Source: a virus
DNA length: 64,000 nt
IMG/VR virus record: IMGVR_UViG_3300034062_004313
Span: 91,875-155,874 of that record
Direction: 5' to 3' (one strand)
Position 1 is the stretch's first letter, and each line of letters begins with the position of its first letter. Made by a program: the position numbers and the translations under genes. This document shows positions 1 through 10,353 of the stretch, one piece after another. The notes below the pieces were generated by a model. It did not search any database. It was not told the DNA's origin and was given only the letters and a program-made list of their open reading frames with translations.

Positions 1-2626
1 CTATGAAACTGCTGGATGGGTTAATGTAGAAAAGAAAGCTTACGGTATTCAAAGAAATTTTGATTTACGTTATTCAAAGCTGAATCCATCCGATTATATT
101 GTTGGGCCATCTCACTATGATTATTACTTAGCTGCTGGACTTGATGTTGCTATTGGAGAAACTTCTCCTATACAACAATTCTATCCATTAGTAGATAATA
201 TTGTAGACTTACTAAGAGGAGAATATGTTAAGAGAGATAATAGTATGTTAATTGAAGTGATAGACCCATATTCTCAAAATGAACTATTTGAAAAGAAAGA
301 GAAAGAATTTGAAGGAGTGATGATGAGTTATTTAGAAAAACAGATACAACTCAATCTTCAAAAATCAGGACTTGCTCCATCTCAAGACCAAAACTTAAAT
401 CAACAATACGAACAGAGTTATCAAGATGCTATGAGACAACTTACAGAAGTTGAAATGGCATCTAAAAAATATAGAACCACAGGACAAAAGTGGGCTGAAA
501 AGGTTTTAAAGGTACATGACCAAAGATATAATTTACACGAATTAGAACCAGATGGTTTTGAAAGCTCTCTAATATCAGATAGATGTTTTTATCATATTGA
601 CTTATTAGAAGATGATTTTAAATTAGAACTTATAAATGTTAAGTGGTGTGATTATCACAAGGGACCAAATGTTAAATATGTTTCAGAAGGAGACTACTTT
701 CTTTGGTTTGAATTTATGAGCAGTGGCCAAATTATAGATAAGTTTGGTACAAGAATGGAAGAAAAGGATATAGATAAGCTAAAAGAAGTTTATTTAAAAA
801 CCTCAAATCTTGTTGTACCCGATGGTCAAAGAGCTATACAAGGTGCTTATTATGACCATAGTAAACCTTGGAGTGAAGCTACAGATTTGAATCCTAATAT
901 GAACAATGCTTTATTAGGTAAAGAACTTGCTTACTCCTACATGCGTTCTCCAAACTTTGACCACAATGAAGATGTGGATATACTAAATCCTGTTTGGGGA
1001 AGAAGAGTGACAGGTAAGCCACAAATGTTTAGAGTGATGAGACTCTATTGGAAGAGTATGAGAAAGATTGGTTGGCTTACTAAAATAGATAGGTCAGGAG
1101 TTATGTCATATAATGATTGGGTAGATGAACATTTTGTAGTGACAGAAGAACCTAAATATGACCACACTTTAATAAAAGAAAAGAAGAAGGATAATTTATT
1201 ATATGGAGAACATATTGATTGGACATGGGTTCCTCAATGGAGACATGTGATTAAAATTTCTCCAAATCAAAAGCATACATTCTGGATGAATTGGAATGAA
1301 ACATTTGAAACCATATATATTGATGGAGCACCTGTTAAGTTTCAATTTAAAGGAGATAAAAGTCCATATGGATGTTTACCACCTGTTGAAGGTGCTGAAT
1401 TTAGCTGGATGAATACTGGACCAGTTTCTTTAGTAGATAGACTTAAACCAAAGCAAATACTTTATAATATTTGCATGAATAAAGTACCTAAAAAGATATT
1501 GGAAGATTTTGGATTAAAACTCGGTGTACATAATTCTCTTGTTACAAATGGTTCTACATCTGTTCAATCTGAAGTTGACCCACTTATGGAATTTGAAGAA
1601 AGACTTAGAGAATCTCCAATATTTAATTATAGTACAGATATGGATACATTGAGAGCTATAGGACAACCTCCTAGACCTGAATTGTATAACATGTCCACTG
1701 TACAAGATGCTCAAGCATATTTACAATTGGCAACATTTGTTAAAGAGAGTGCTGGTGAAGATGTTGGTATAACAAGACAACGTACAGCTAAGATGCAAGC
1801 TTCTGAAACTGCTACAGGAATACAACAAGCAATAAATTATTCTGAAACTCAAACAGAGAAATATTTTGAGAATTACAGTAATTTAATGACAAGAGTGAGA
1901 CAGCGTATGTTAGATGCTGCTCAATTTTATAGCACATTTGTTCCTTCTTCAAGAGATATATATCTTAATGAATATGAAGAGAATGTATTTCTTGAAATGG
2001 ATGGGATGCAAAATCTGCTTCCACAATATTTAATAAAGGTGACTTCCAGACCAAATGTTAAGGAAGCCTTGAAACAAATTAAACAATTCCTATTCGAAGA
2101 AAATACTCTTCCTATAAAACCTTCTGATAAGATACAAGCTTTCTTTAATAATAGTCAGGCAAGAATAATAGAACTTTTCAAAGAAGGTGAAGCAGAACAA
2201 GTTCTTAGAGAAGATAAACAAAGAGAATTTGAACAATCTATGCAACAAGAAAAACTTGCTCAACAAGAAAGATTAGAACAAGATAAGAGAGAAAGAGAAG
2301 ATAATAATAAAGAACTTGATAGAGAGAGCAATGAATATATTGCTTCTATAAGAGCATTGGGTGGAGTTCAAACTGATGCTAATGTAGACGGTACATTAGA
2401 TGCTGCTCAAAATATGCAAATATTAATGAAGCAAAAAGAGATGCAAAATAAAGCAATGCAACTTATAGATGAAAGACAATCCAAACGTCAAGAAGCTATA
2501 GAGACTAATCTACTTGAAAGAGAGAAGATTGCTGGTAAACTTGAAGAGACAAGAATGAAAACTGAAGCTCAGAAGTTTGTTGCAAAAGAAAACAAACAAA
2601 AGCATGAAGTAAAGAAAAGGAAATAG
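1..2626 (+). CDS. Portal protein (crAss-like), 5'-truncated
   Basis: Frame is open from nt 2 (YETAGW...FYPLVDNIVDLLRGEYVKR), so the real start is outside the window. ETATG motif, coiled-coil C-terminus, two genes upstream of the major capsid gene as in Crassvirales. Confidence 0.85.
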   Translation, partial: YETAGWVNVEKKAYGIQRNFDLRYSKLNPSDYIVGPSHYDYYLAAGLDVAIGETSPIQQFYPLVDNIVDLLRGEYVKRDNSMLIEVIDPYSQNELFEKKEKEFEGVMMSYLEKQIQLNLQKSGLAPSQDQNLNQQYEQSYQDAMRQLTEVEMASKKYRTTGQKWAEKVLKVHDQRYNLHELEPDGFESSLISDRCFYHIDLLEDDFKLELINVKWCDYHKGPNVKYVSEGDYFLWFEFMSSGQIIDKFGTRMEEKDIDKLKEVYLKTSNLVVPDGQRAIQGAYYDHSKPWSEATDLNPNMNNALLGKELAYSYMRSPNFDHNEDVDILNPVWGRRVTGKPQMFRVMRLYWKSMRKIGWLTKIDRSGVMSYNDWVDEHFVVTEEPKYDHTLIKEKKKDNLLYGEHIDWTWVPQWRHVIKISPNQKHTFWMNWNETFETIYIDGAPVKFQFKGDKSPYGCLPPVEGAEFSWMNTGPVSLVDRLKPKQILYNICMNKVPKKILEDFGLKLGVHNSLVTNGSTSVQSEVDPLMEFEERLRESPIFNYSTDMDTLRAIGQPPRPELYNMSTVQDAQAYLQLATFVKESAGEDVGITRQRTAKMQASETATGIQQAINYSETQTEKYFENYSNLMTRVRQRMLDAAQFYSTFVPSSRDIYLNEYEENVFLEMDGMQNLLPQYLIKVTSRPNVKEALKQIKQFLFEENTLPIKPSDKIQAFFNNSQARIIELFKEGEAEQVLREDKQREFEQSMQQEKLAQQERLEQDKREREDNNKELDRESNEYIASIRALGGVQTDANVDGTLDAAQNMQILMKQKEMQNKAMQLIDERQSKRQEAIETNLLEREKIAGKLEETRMKTEAQKFVAKENKQKHEVKKRK

Positions 2627-2653
2627 TTATATTATCAAATTGAAATTTAACAA

Positions 2654-2685
2654 TTTGGAAAAATAATTTAAAAAGTGTATTATAT
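2654..2685 (+). promoter_or_regulatory. Putative promoter, TTTG-N20-TATTATAT
   Basis: Same spacing as the Bacteroidota -33/-7 promoter, with a variant -7 box. Confidence 0.45.
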
Positions 2686-2707
2686 ATTATAAAACAAAAC
2701 CAATATT

Positions 2708-3853
2708 ATGCAAACAGAAAAAGCTGCATATGATGATTTCTTCGGATTGAATGATATTCCTACCGAAGATGTGATTATTCAGAAAGACAATAATTTTAGC
2801 ACTACAGGAAATGGAGATTTTGATATTCTAAATCCATTAGAAAAAAAAGAAGAAGTTATTGTAGAAAAGAAAGAACAGAATCAAGAAGAAGTTGATATTC
2901 TTGAAAGTGATAAAAAAGAAGAAAAAGAACAAGAAGATATTACAAATATTGTAAACTTCTTTCAAGAAAGGGTTAAGAAGGGAATATTTTCGAATCTTGT
3001 TGATGAAGAAGGAAATGATGTAACGCTATCTAAAGTTGAAGATATTGATAGTTTCTTAGAAGCAAACTTTAATTACAGAGTAGAAAAGGAAAAAGAAACT
3101 CTTGAAACAACTTGGTACGAAACAAAAAGTCCAGCATGGAAAGCAGTTGCTCAATATGCTGATTACGTTCAAGACCCAACACAACTTATTCCATTCCTTC
3201 AAGGTGTTAATAACATAATGAACATTTCTGAAGTGGATGAAACCACAATAGAAGGAGCAGAAAGCATTGTAAGATTTAAAATGCAAGCTTCTGGAGATGA
3301 TGAAGAAACTATAGAAGAACAGATTAAGATTCTTAAAGATTCAGATAAAATTGTTGATATAGCAAAAAGATATAAACCTGCATTAGTTCAGAGTGAAACT
3401 CAAAGACTCTCACAAATGCAAGAAAAAGCTAAAAAGGACCAAGACCAATATATTGAATCCGTTAGAGCCTATGAAAAGTTAGCTATAGAAAATATTGAAA
3501 AGCCTTTATTTGGAGAGAAATTAAATCAAGAAGAGAAAGCAATTATATATGATATGATTGCTATCCCAAATCAAGAACTAGGTGGATACGCTATATTTTC
3601 AGCAATAGATGATTTGTATGAAAAGCAAGACATGGAAACCCTTAGAGAAATAGCTCTTCTAATAGCAAATAAACAAAAATTCTACACTTATGCTTCAAAA
3701 GCTGCAACAGTTAAAACAGCAGCAGATTTGCAAAGAAAGCTTAGAGTACAATTAGAAAGTGATAAAAAAAGTTCATCGAAAGATGACCCTGAAATAACAA
3801 ATGTAAAAGCCCCTACATATAAACAACAAGGCAAGCCGAGATTCGGATTTTAA
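2708..3853 (+). CDS. Acidic scaffold-like capsid assembly protein
   Basis: Very E/D-rich and helical; lies between portal and major capsid genes. Confidence 0.6.
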   Translation: MQTEKAAYDDFFGLNDIPTEDVIIQKDNNFSTTGNGDFDILNPLEKKEEVIVEKKEQNQEEVDILESDKKEEKEQEDITNIVNFFQERVKKGIFSNLVDEEGNDVTLSKVEDIDSFLEANFNYRVEKEKETLETTWYETKSPAWKAVAQYADYVQDPTQLIPFLQGVNNIMNISEVDETTIEGAESIVRFKMQASGDDEETIEEQIKILKDSDKIVDIAKRYKPALVQSETQRLSQMQEKAKKDQDQYIESVRAYEKLAIENIEKPLFGEKLNQEEKAIIYDMIAIPNQELGGYAIFSAIDDLYEKQDMETLREIALLIANKQKFYTYASKAATVKTAADLQRKLRVQLESDKKSSSKDDPEITNVKAPTYKQQGKPRFGF

Positions 3854-3866
3854 AAATTGAAATAAA

Positions 3867-5570
3867 ATGATAAACAACAAAGTAGGACTTGGGAGTTTAG
3901 GTCATCCCGGTATTTTTATCGGTCAGACACGAGTGAAGGGTTTGACAAATCACCTAGATATCCCTTATGTAACAGCACTCGAAGGTGCTCAAACCGACAA
4001 ATTAGACTTTGGTGTGCTTGATTTGTGGGCACTTAAACAAAGAACTGATTCCCCACTTCTATCTTTAGCAGTGGAAAACGCTCAGATTATCTATACTGAT
4101 GCGGATTATTACACATTCGAACTTCCAAGTGCAGCAGAAGGAGTTACAAGACTTATTTCTGGTGGATTGGATAGAGACAAATTTGGTATGGATGGAGAAG
4201 AAATTCCATTCATTGTATCAAGGAGAGATTTATCTCCGGGTGCTATGTTCAAATTTGACTTAACTTCTCCTGTAATGTTCAAAGTGGTAAATAGAATTCC
4301 TGAACAAGTAGGTGAACATTATAGAGTGTGGGCAAGTCTTGTTACAAATGCTCAAGTTCCATATGTAACTAAAGCGGAATTTATTCCTCAAAGGCAAATT
4401 ATAAAACTTGCTGATACAAGAGGATTGGATTTCTCTGCTCATGAATCAACTTGGGGTGTATCAGGTGTTCCTTCATTAATGAAGTTTAAGAACTACTTGA
4501 CAAATGTAAAACTTCAACAAGCTTATAGAGTTACTGAAGGTGCTGTAGAAATGTTAAATCACGAAACAAGATTTGACTCTGCACAACTTAAAGGAATGGA
4601 GAACATGCTTTTGAAATTCTACTCTGTAAGAGGTATTGCTGATAACAAAGTGATTAATATGAATACTGCTGCTCCTCAAGATAGAGAGCGTTATATGCAG
4701 CAAATTCAAGATTCAAGAGTTAAAGGATTGGGTCATAGTGCTATGGTTTCTTTCTTAGATAACGTAGCTATTAATCTTATGCTTCAACAAAATAACAATC
4801 TTGGTATATGGGGTCCAGCAGCTAATAGTTTAGTAGATGGATATGACAGTACAAGATTGGCTCCGGGTGTATGGTTCCAATTAGACCAAGCTGGTTACAA
4901 AACTACTTATGACATTGGTACTTTTGACTTAAATGTTCTTGGAGATGCTATTAAGGACTACGAATTTGGAAAGGTTGAAATGAGAGAATCTGTTTCTACT
5001 AATGTATATGTAATTAGAACTGGTAGAGGTGGACAAGAGATTATATTTGATGCTTTCTTAAAAGCTGGATTCGATATTCCTGCTCAAGTTCAAAATACTG
5101 ACCACGGATTCCTAAGAGGTGATGCAAATAATCTTGTACATAGAGCAGCAAGAATAGTAGAGTTCCAATTGAAAACTATTGGTATACTAAGAGTAGAATG
5201 GGAACCCGGTTTTGACCCTGTAACAGCAGATGAAATTGTAAACCCAATCTTAGCAAGTGGTTACAGACTTTCTTCTTACACTATGTTGATTGAAGATTAT
5301 AACACTTCAGGTGATAATATTGCAATCATTAGAAAGAAAAGCAATAGTAAAATCTCTATGAGAGTTACTAATGGTACTGCTTGTCACCCTATATTCAGTG
5401 GTTCTACAAGTATAGCTGGACAAAATGTTATGTATCATAATGCTGATGATGATTTGAATGGTTACAAAGTTAAGTTTAGTGGTACTGCTGACACTATGAT
5501 AGTGAAAGACCCTACAAAACTTTTGAAGTTAGTTCCGAACAACCCTAAATTAGGTCGCGCAAATTTATGA
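3867..5570 (+). CDS. Major capsid protein
   Basis: 567 aa, crAss synteny, TGRGG motif and C-terminal VKDPTK motif typical of crAss-like capsid proteins. Confidence 0.85.
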   Translation: MINNKVGLGSLGHPGIFIGQTRVKGLTNHLDIPYVTALEGAQTDKLDFGVLDLWALKQRTDSPLLSLAVENAQIIYTDADYYTFELPSAAEGVTRLISGGLDRDKFGMDGEEIPFIVSRRDLSPGAMFKFDLTSPVMFKVVNRIPEQVGEHYRVWASLVTNAQVPYVTKAEFIPQRQIIKLADTRGLDFSAHESTWGVSGVPSLMKFKNYLTNVKLQQAYRVTEGAVEMLNHETRFDSAQLKGMENMLLKFYSVRGIADNKVINMNTAAPQDRERYMQQIQDSRVKGLGHSAMVSFLDNVAINLMLQQNNNLGIWGPAANSLVDGYDSTRLAPGVWFQLDQAGYKTTYDIGTFDLNVLGDAIKDYEFGKVEMRESVSTNVYVIRTGRGGQEIIFDAFLKAGFDIPAQVQNTDHGFLRGDANNLVHRAARIVEFQLKTIGILRVEWEPGFDPVTADEIVNPILASGYRLSSYTMLIEDYNTSGDNIAIIRKKSNSKISMRVTNGTACHPIFSGSTSIAGQNVMYHNADDDLNGYKVKFSGTADTMIVKDPTKLLKLVPNNPKLGRANL

Positions 5571-5643
5571 TTTCTTTAATTCGGATTCTTTGGTACTTTA
5601 AAAGAATTCAATAAAATACAAAGGAGAGCCGTAACTCTCCAAT

Positions 5644-5696
5644 GGTCTCAAAGAAGAACCTCCTCGTGGTGAGACTGGATAATCAACTAATTCTTC
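5644..5696 (+). ncRNA. Minimal HDV-like (theta-like) self-cleaving ribozyme
   Basis: P1 ggtctc(a)/(t)gagact with a G1.U wobble; P2 gaagaa/ttcttc; P3-L3 (a)cc-tcctcgt-gg(t); GG for P1.1; J4/2 actaa containing the catalytic C. Confidence 0.8.
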
Positions 5697-5716
5697 AATA
5701 ATATAAAACCAAATAT

Positions 5717-6709
5717 ATGAACGTAAGATTTCAAATCAAATCAACTTCTCCAAAAGCGGAGAAAGAAGGAAAGGAGATATTAAATTTCTCTGGTGAAGCT
5801 CAAAATTACAGAAGAAAAGCAACGAGAGTTTCGGAAGCTGTAGGTTATAAACCTGATGGTTCACCAAAAATTAAATTCAAAACAGGACTTGACCCTGAAA
5901 GAGTTAAATTCTATTGGTGGTTTAAAGAAGAAGAAAGAGAAGAAGTTAAGAAGCAATTGGAAGAATCTCTACCTGACATAGAAATGAGATTTCATGGAAA
6001 GGAAGTTATTCATGATGAAAATAAGTCGTTTTGGAAAGACCAAAAAGAATTTTATCAAATTGCTCTAACATTAGATACTGCAAATTTGTTCTTTGATACT
6101 AAAAATCCAGACCATGCAGTTTTATATTTTAGCATAATTGGTGGTGCATTTATTGACACTATTGCTCCTACAAAGGATTTAGCAATTGAAAAAAGGATTC
6201 CTCACTATATAGTTCTTGAAAAAGATGCAACTGATGAAGAATTCGTAGATGTTAATGAAAAACTAAAAGCTTCCGCTAACTTGTATAAGCTTATGGAAGA
6301 AGGAAGTGAAGATGCTTTATTTATATTGTGTTGGACTGCTCTTTATAATACGAAAGGATTTGGTAGCATTTTAAAAAGTATGCCAAAGAGTGATAAAGCC
6401 ACTTATCTGAACATGTTTATCGAAGGTGAACTTGTAGATAAGAAAAAGAAAACATGTGCTAAGATATTTAATCAATATGTTGATAGATGGTCAAGTCCTC
6501 AATTAAGAGAAAAGTTGTATGCAGAAGCTTATATTAAAGCTGGAGAACAATATGCTCTTGTTGTTACAAATGATAAAAAGTATGAAACTACATGGGGTAC
6601 ATCTTTAGGAAATACTATTGATGAAGCCGTAGAAAAAATAACACAGAAAAAGTTCGCAAAAGACTTAGACCAACTTATGACAGAAGTTGAGAAAAAATGG
6701 GTAGCATGA
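5717..6709 (+). CDS. Conserved crAss-like protein downstream of the capsid gene
   Basis: 330 aa ORF; synteny only. Confidence 0.55.
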   Translation: MNVRFQIKSTSPKAEKEGKEILNFSGEAQNYRRKATRVSEAVGYKPDGSPKIKFKTGLDPERVKFYWWFKEEEREEVKKQLEESLPDIEMRFHGKEVIHDENKSFWKDQKEFYQIALTLDTANLFFDTKNPDHAVLYFSIIGGAFIDTIAPTKDLAIEKRIPHYIVLEKDATDEEFVDVNEKLKASANLYKLMEEGSEDALFILCWTALYNTKGFGSILKSMPKSDKATYLNMFIEGELVDKKKKTCAKIFNQYVDRWSSPQLREKLYAEAYIKAGEQYALVVTNDKKYETTWGTSLGNTIDEAVEKITQKKFAKDLDQLMTEVEKKWVA

Positions 6710-7359
6710 CAATAGCAGATTTCTCTTTAAAGATAGACCTAAGATTAAATAAAGGAGCTTCAAATGATTATGATGCTATATGGTCTGATGTAAAAGAAGA
6801 AGCTGCAAATAAAGGAGTGACGGATTTTGTAAGAAGACAAGTAAAAGGTAAGAATCAAACACAGGAAGGTGACGAAGAAACAACAGCTAAAGTGGATGAT
6901 TTACAAGTGTTACTTAAACCCGAAGTTCTTAAAGTTACTAAAAAGAATGGATTCTTTGAAACAGAAAAACTCCCACAGGATTATTTATATTATAAACGTC
7001 TCACTCCAAATGTTAAAAAAGGGGAATGTGATTCCTTAGATATAAAATCATATTTTTCAGAAGAAGCAAATGTAGATGATTTAAGACATGTTCCATCTTT
7101 TGATTTTGAAGAAACATTTCACACTTTAGCAGGTAACAAATTTAAGATATATTTTGATGACTTTGACGTTTTAAAAGCGTCTTTAATTTATTATAGAAAG
7201 CCTAAAAAGCTAAACTTCAAAAAACTTAATGACATATTAGAATTTAAAGATGATATATGTGAAATGATAGTGGATGAAACAGTAAAGATAATAGCTTCCG
7301 ATATTGAAAGCATAAATCAAAAGAATTTAGCTCAAGAACGAGTACAAATACAAGAATAA
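6706..7359 (+). CDS. Ring / head-tail connector protein
   Basis: ATGA overlap with the upstream stop suggests a start at 6706; LRLNK..SNDYD N-terminus and YYRKP motif of crAss ring proteins. Confidence 0.65.
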   Translation: MTIADFSLKIDLRLNKGASNDYDAIWSDVKEEAANKGVTDFVRRQVKGKNQTQEGDEETTAKVDDLQVLLKPEVLKVTKKNGFFETEKLPQDYLYYKRLTPNVKKGECDSLDIKSYFSEEANVDDLRHVPSFDFEETFHTLAGNKFKIYFDDFDVLKASLIYYRKPKKLNFKKLNDILEFKDDICEMIVDETVKIIASDIESINQKNLAQERVQIQE

Positions 7360-7387
7360 ATTAGTTAACAAGTAAACAAACAAACAA

Positions 7388-9583
7388 ATGGAAAATTTTT
7401 CATTCCACGTTCCCTTCTACGTTGTAAACGGAGGAATTGCTACAAGCGGTCATTCTGCTGATTTAACTCCCGGTAAAGTGGGACTATTTGATAGGCAAAC
7501 ATTTAGTGTTGCTACATCAAGTGGTAATGGTAAGGAGTTTTTTCTTGCTCAAGGTAGAATTGGTGGACTTGATTGGTATGGTAACAAAGTAAAAGAGAGT
7601 CACAAATCTCCATTCTTCATGGGTAAGGATGTAGTAGATATGTATAAAGTGACCCCTAAGAGAATCCAAAATGAAGAGTGGGTTCTTGGATATAATGGTG
7701 CTGCTTCTTCTAAAGGATTGGTTTATGAAAAAGATAAACCTGTAAGATTCAAGTTTGAATTTAATGGAGAACCTGCTTATAGATTCTTTGGAGGTCCTAA
7801 AACTTATGTAGTTTCACACACACCTGATAAAGATTGTTCGACTCTTTGTGATGGAGGTTGTGATGATTTAACATCTGACCCTAAAGCAGAAACTATGAAA
7901 TTGATTGATAAAATCAATAATCATACAGAACTTAGTAAATTTGGAGTTACAGCAAAACTTAAAGCAAGTGATTATATTGCTGCTACTGCTAACATGGAAA
8001 AGTTCAGATTGAACGTATGTGATGCTGGTGATAGTGTAGCTCTTCAACAAGTACAATCTCAATATCCTGCACTTAATGTAGTAAGAGTTGCAAGAACAGG
8101 AAATACATCAACTTATGAAGTGTGTGTAGTTTCTACTGAAGGAGATGATACTCCTGCTGCATTCACTCAAAGTGCTTCTGTAAGCATGGCAGTATGTGGA
8201 AGTTGTAGTTCATTAACAGGTTCAGTTGATGCTCCTGCTCAAGATTGGTATCTTATTGAAAGACCATTAGCTGGTACTGAAAGTTTGATAGATGATAATG
8301 CTAAACTTGCATATGCTCAAACTGTAGCTGCTACTTATTTTGGTAAGAGTTTTAATTCAACTAATGATATTAATGCTACTACTGAAACTATTACTAAAAC
8401 CGCACATGGGTTTTCTATAGGTCAAGCTGTTGTATTTTCAGGAACTGCTCCTACAGGATTAACTAATGGTATTACATACTATATAATTACTGCTGGATTT
8501 ACTGTTAATGCATTTAGAGTAGCTTTAACAAGAGAGGGGTCTGCTGTAAATTTAACTGCTGCTGTTGGTACAGGTGTTGTAACTCCTGCTCCTGTACAAT
8601 TCTTAGCTAATACTGGTGCAACTGCTCTTATTAAAGTACCTGTTCCTTATGGTACAACTGTTACTGCATTGCTTTCTGACGTAGTTACATTCTCTCATAC
8701 TCAAGAAGCTATGTGTGAATTTACTGCTCCAAGTTCAATTGCTTGGGTTGCTGCTGGTACTGGTATAAGGTCTACAAGAACTATGAAAATTAGTGGTATA
8801 GTAAGACCCGATTGTAATGCAAATGGAGATAGAATTGCTGATATTACAGATATAGTTTCTGGTGTTAAAGGTGTATATGGCACTCCTATAAAAATTGCTG
8901 GTACAGCTTGTGCTGATGATTATACTGTTACTCAATATAGTGATGACTGCTTGGAAGAAGGATGCCTTACATCTAATGTAACATTCACTTATGCTGAACT
9001 TCCTGCTTTTGAAGGTAGAAGTTGGGAACTTGTTCCTGCAAGTAATGTTGCTGGAGAAGGAGCTAAATACGGTATAGTTGTTACTGCTGGATATTTGGAT
9101 ATTCAATTTGGTAACTGTAGCTTTGACCCAACTGATTACTATGAAGTAATGCCTGTTAAAATGGAAATTAGTTTGCTTACAGAAGATGGTACTGCTTGTG
9201 ATTTTAGCACATTACCAACTATCACTCAAACTAGGTATGGTCAAATTTCAAGAGCTTCCGGTGAATATGTTATTAGAGAAGCAACTTCTAAACTTGATGC
9301 TTATCAAAAAGATACTGACCAATTCAGCCTTAATCCAAGGATGAGAGAAGCTTTCGACATGAACATTTTACAACAAGTTGAAAGAAGTGCATTCTACAAT
9401 CTGTATTATGTTACTTACTACGCTTCATATGGTAAAACAAATAGAAAGGGTGAACAAGAGAAATTTACAACAATCTTTGCTGTAAAAGAAACTGACCCAA
9501 TTGCTGCTACTTTAGAATCTCAAATTTTGAGCGTTCTTACAGCTAAATCTGCTGATAAAGTAACATTAAGAGTAATTGATTAA
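7388..9583 (+). CDS. Auxiliary capsid / structural protein with inserted beta-domain
   Basis: Synteny, T/A/G/C-rich composition, followed by a strong terminator. Confidence 0.6.
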   Translation: MENFSFHVPFYVVNGGIATSGHSADLTPGKVGLFDRQTFSVATSSGNGKEFFLAQGRIGGLDWYGNKVKESHKSPFFMGKDVVDMYKVTPKRIQNEEWVLGYNGAASSKGLVYEKDKPVRFKFEFNGEPAYRFFGGPKTYVVSHTPDKDCSTLCDGGCDDLTSDPKAETMKLIDKINNHTELSKFGVTAKLKASDYIAATANMEKFRLNVCDAGDSVALQQVQSQYPALNVVRVARTGNTSTYEVCVVSTEGDDTPAAFTQSASVSMAVCGSCSSLTGSVDAPAQDWYLIERPLAGTESLIDDNAKLAYAQTVAATYFGKSFNSTNDINATTETITKTAHGFSIGQAVVFSGTAPTGLTNGITYYIITAGFTVNAFRVALTREGSAVNLTAAVGTGVVTPAPVQFLANTGATALIKVPVPYGTTVTALLSDVVTFSHTQEAMCEFTAPSSIAWVAAGTGIRSTRTMKISGIVRPDCNANGDRIADITDIVSGVKGVYGTPIKIAGTACADDYTVTQYSDDCLEEGCLTSNVTFTYAELPAFEGRSWELVPASNVAGEGAKYGIVVTAGYLDIQFGNCSFDPTDYYEVMPVKMEISLLTEDGTACDFSTLPTITQTRYGQISRASGEYVIREATSKLDAYQKDTDQFSLNPRMREAFDMNILQQVERSAFYNLYYVTYYASYGKTNRKGEQEKFTTIFAVKETDPIAATLESQILSVLTAKSADKVTLRVID

Positions 9584-9600
9584 TAACCCTTAATAATAAT

Positions 9601-9638
9601 AAAAGGTGGTAGGCAGTAAAAGTCTGCCACCTTTTTTC
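9601..9638 (+). terminator. Intrinsic terminator
   Basis: aaaaggtggtaggc-agtaaaa-gtctgccacc followed by tttttt. Confidence 0.85.
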
Positions 9639-9680
9639 ATAATAACTTTTTTAGTATAAATAAATAGAATATATTATACT

Positions 9681-10205
9681 GTGAATCCAGAATATGTTAT
9701 AGAAATTACAAAAGACTTTAATCCTAAGATTATAGAGATTAAGGATTTTTCTATTTATCCAAGTGAACCTGAAAATCTTTTATTGGAAATTTTATCACCA
9801 ACTAAGAACAAATGGGTAACTTATAATATAGTAAAGAATAAAGGTTTTATAGCAAATTCTGTAAATCTTAAACTTAGTTCTACATTACAAAATCTTCCTG
9901 ATGGTGTATATGAGATAAAGATTTCTCAAAAGCCAAATTTTGCTACTCATAATCTATTTTATTACTTTCATACTAAAACTCTTGAAAGTACTTATTATAA
10001 GAATCTTAATGAATTATATTCAGAAAGGTGTGAAATAACAAAAAGAGAATTTGAAGAGAATAGATATAAACTCCTTATGATAGATATGGATATTGCAGCT
10101 ATAAAATATATGACTGAAATAAATCATGATAAGGATAAGGCTAAAGAAATTTATGAAAAAGTAAAAGAAGATTTGAAAAGTTATGAAAAATCCTGTGGAT
10201 GTTAA
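9681..10205 (+). CDS. Hypothetical structural protein (GTG start)
   Basis: LPDGVYEIK motif and C-terminal CGC. Confidence 0.5.
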   Translation: MNPEYVIEITKDFNPKIIEIKDFSIYPSEPENLLLEILSPTKNKWVTYNIVKNKGFIANSVNLKLSSTLQNLPDGVYEIKISQKPNFATHNLFYYFHTKTLESTYYKNLNELYSERCEITKREFEENRYKLLMIDMDIAAIKYMTEINHDKDKAKEIYEKVKEDLKSYEKSCGC

Positions 10206-10353
10206 ATCAAAATATGCTGAATGGTTCTATCTAAATGCCTTAGAAAATTTATATTTTGTTAAGACAGGAATAGATAAGAAGGATTTAACAAAAAGAATTG
10301 ATGATTTTTTAAAATTTAAGCTTAATAAATATAATGATTCCTGTACAACTTGA
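10183..10353 (+). CDS. Small hypothetical protein, 56 aa (MKNPVDVKSKYAEWFY...), absent from the ORF track
   Basis: Fills the gap and overlaps both neighbouring genes. Confidence 0.55.
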   Translation: MKNPVDVKSKYAEWFYLNALENLYFVKTGIDKKDLTKRIDDFLKFKLNKYNDSCTT

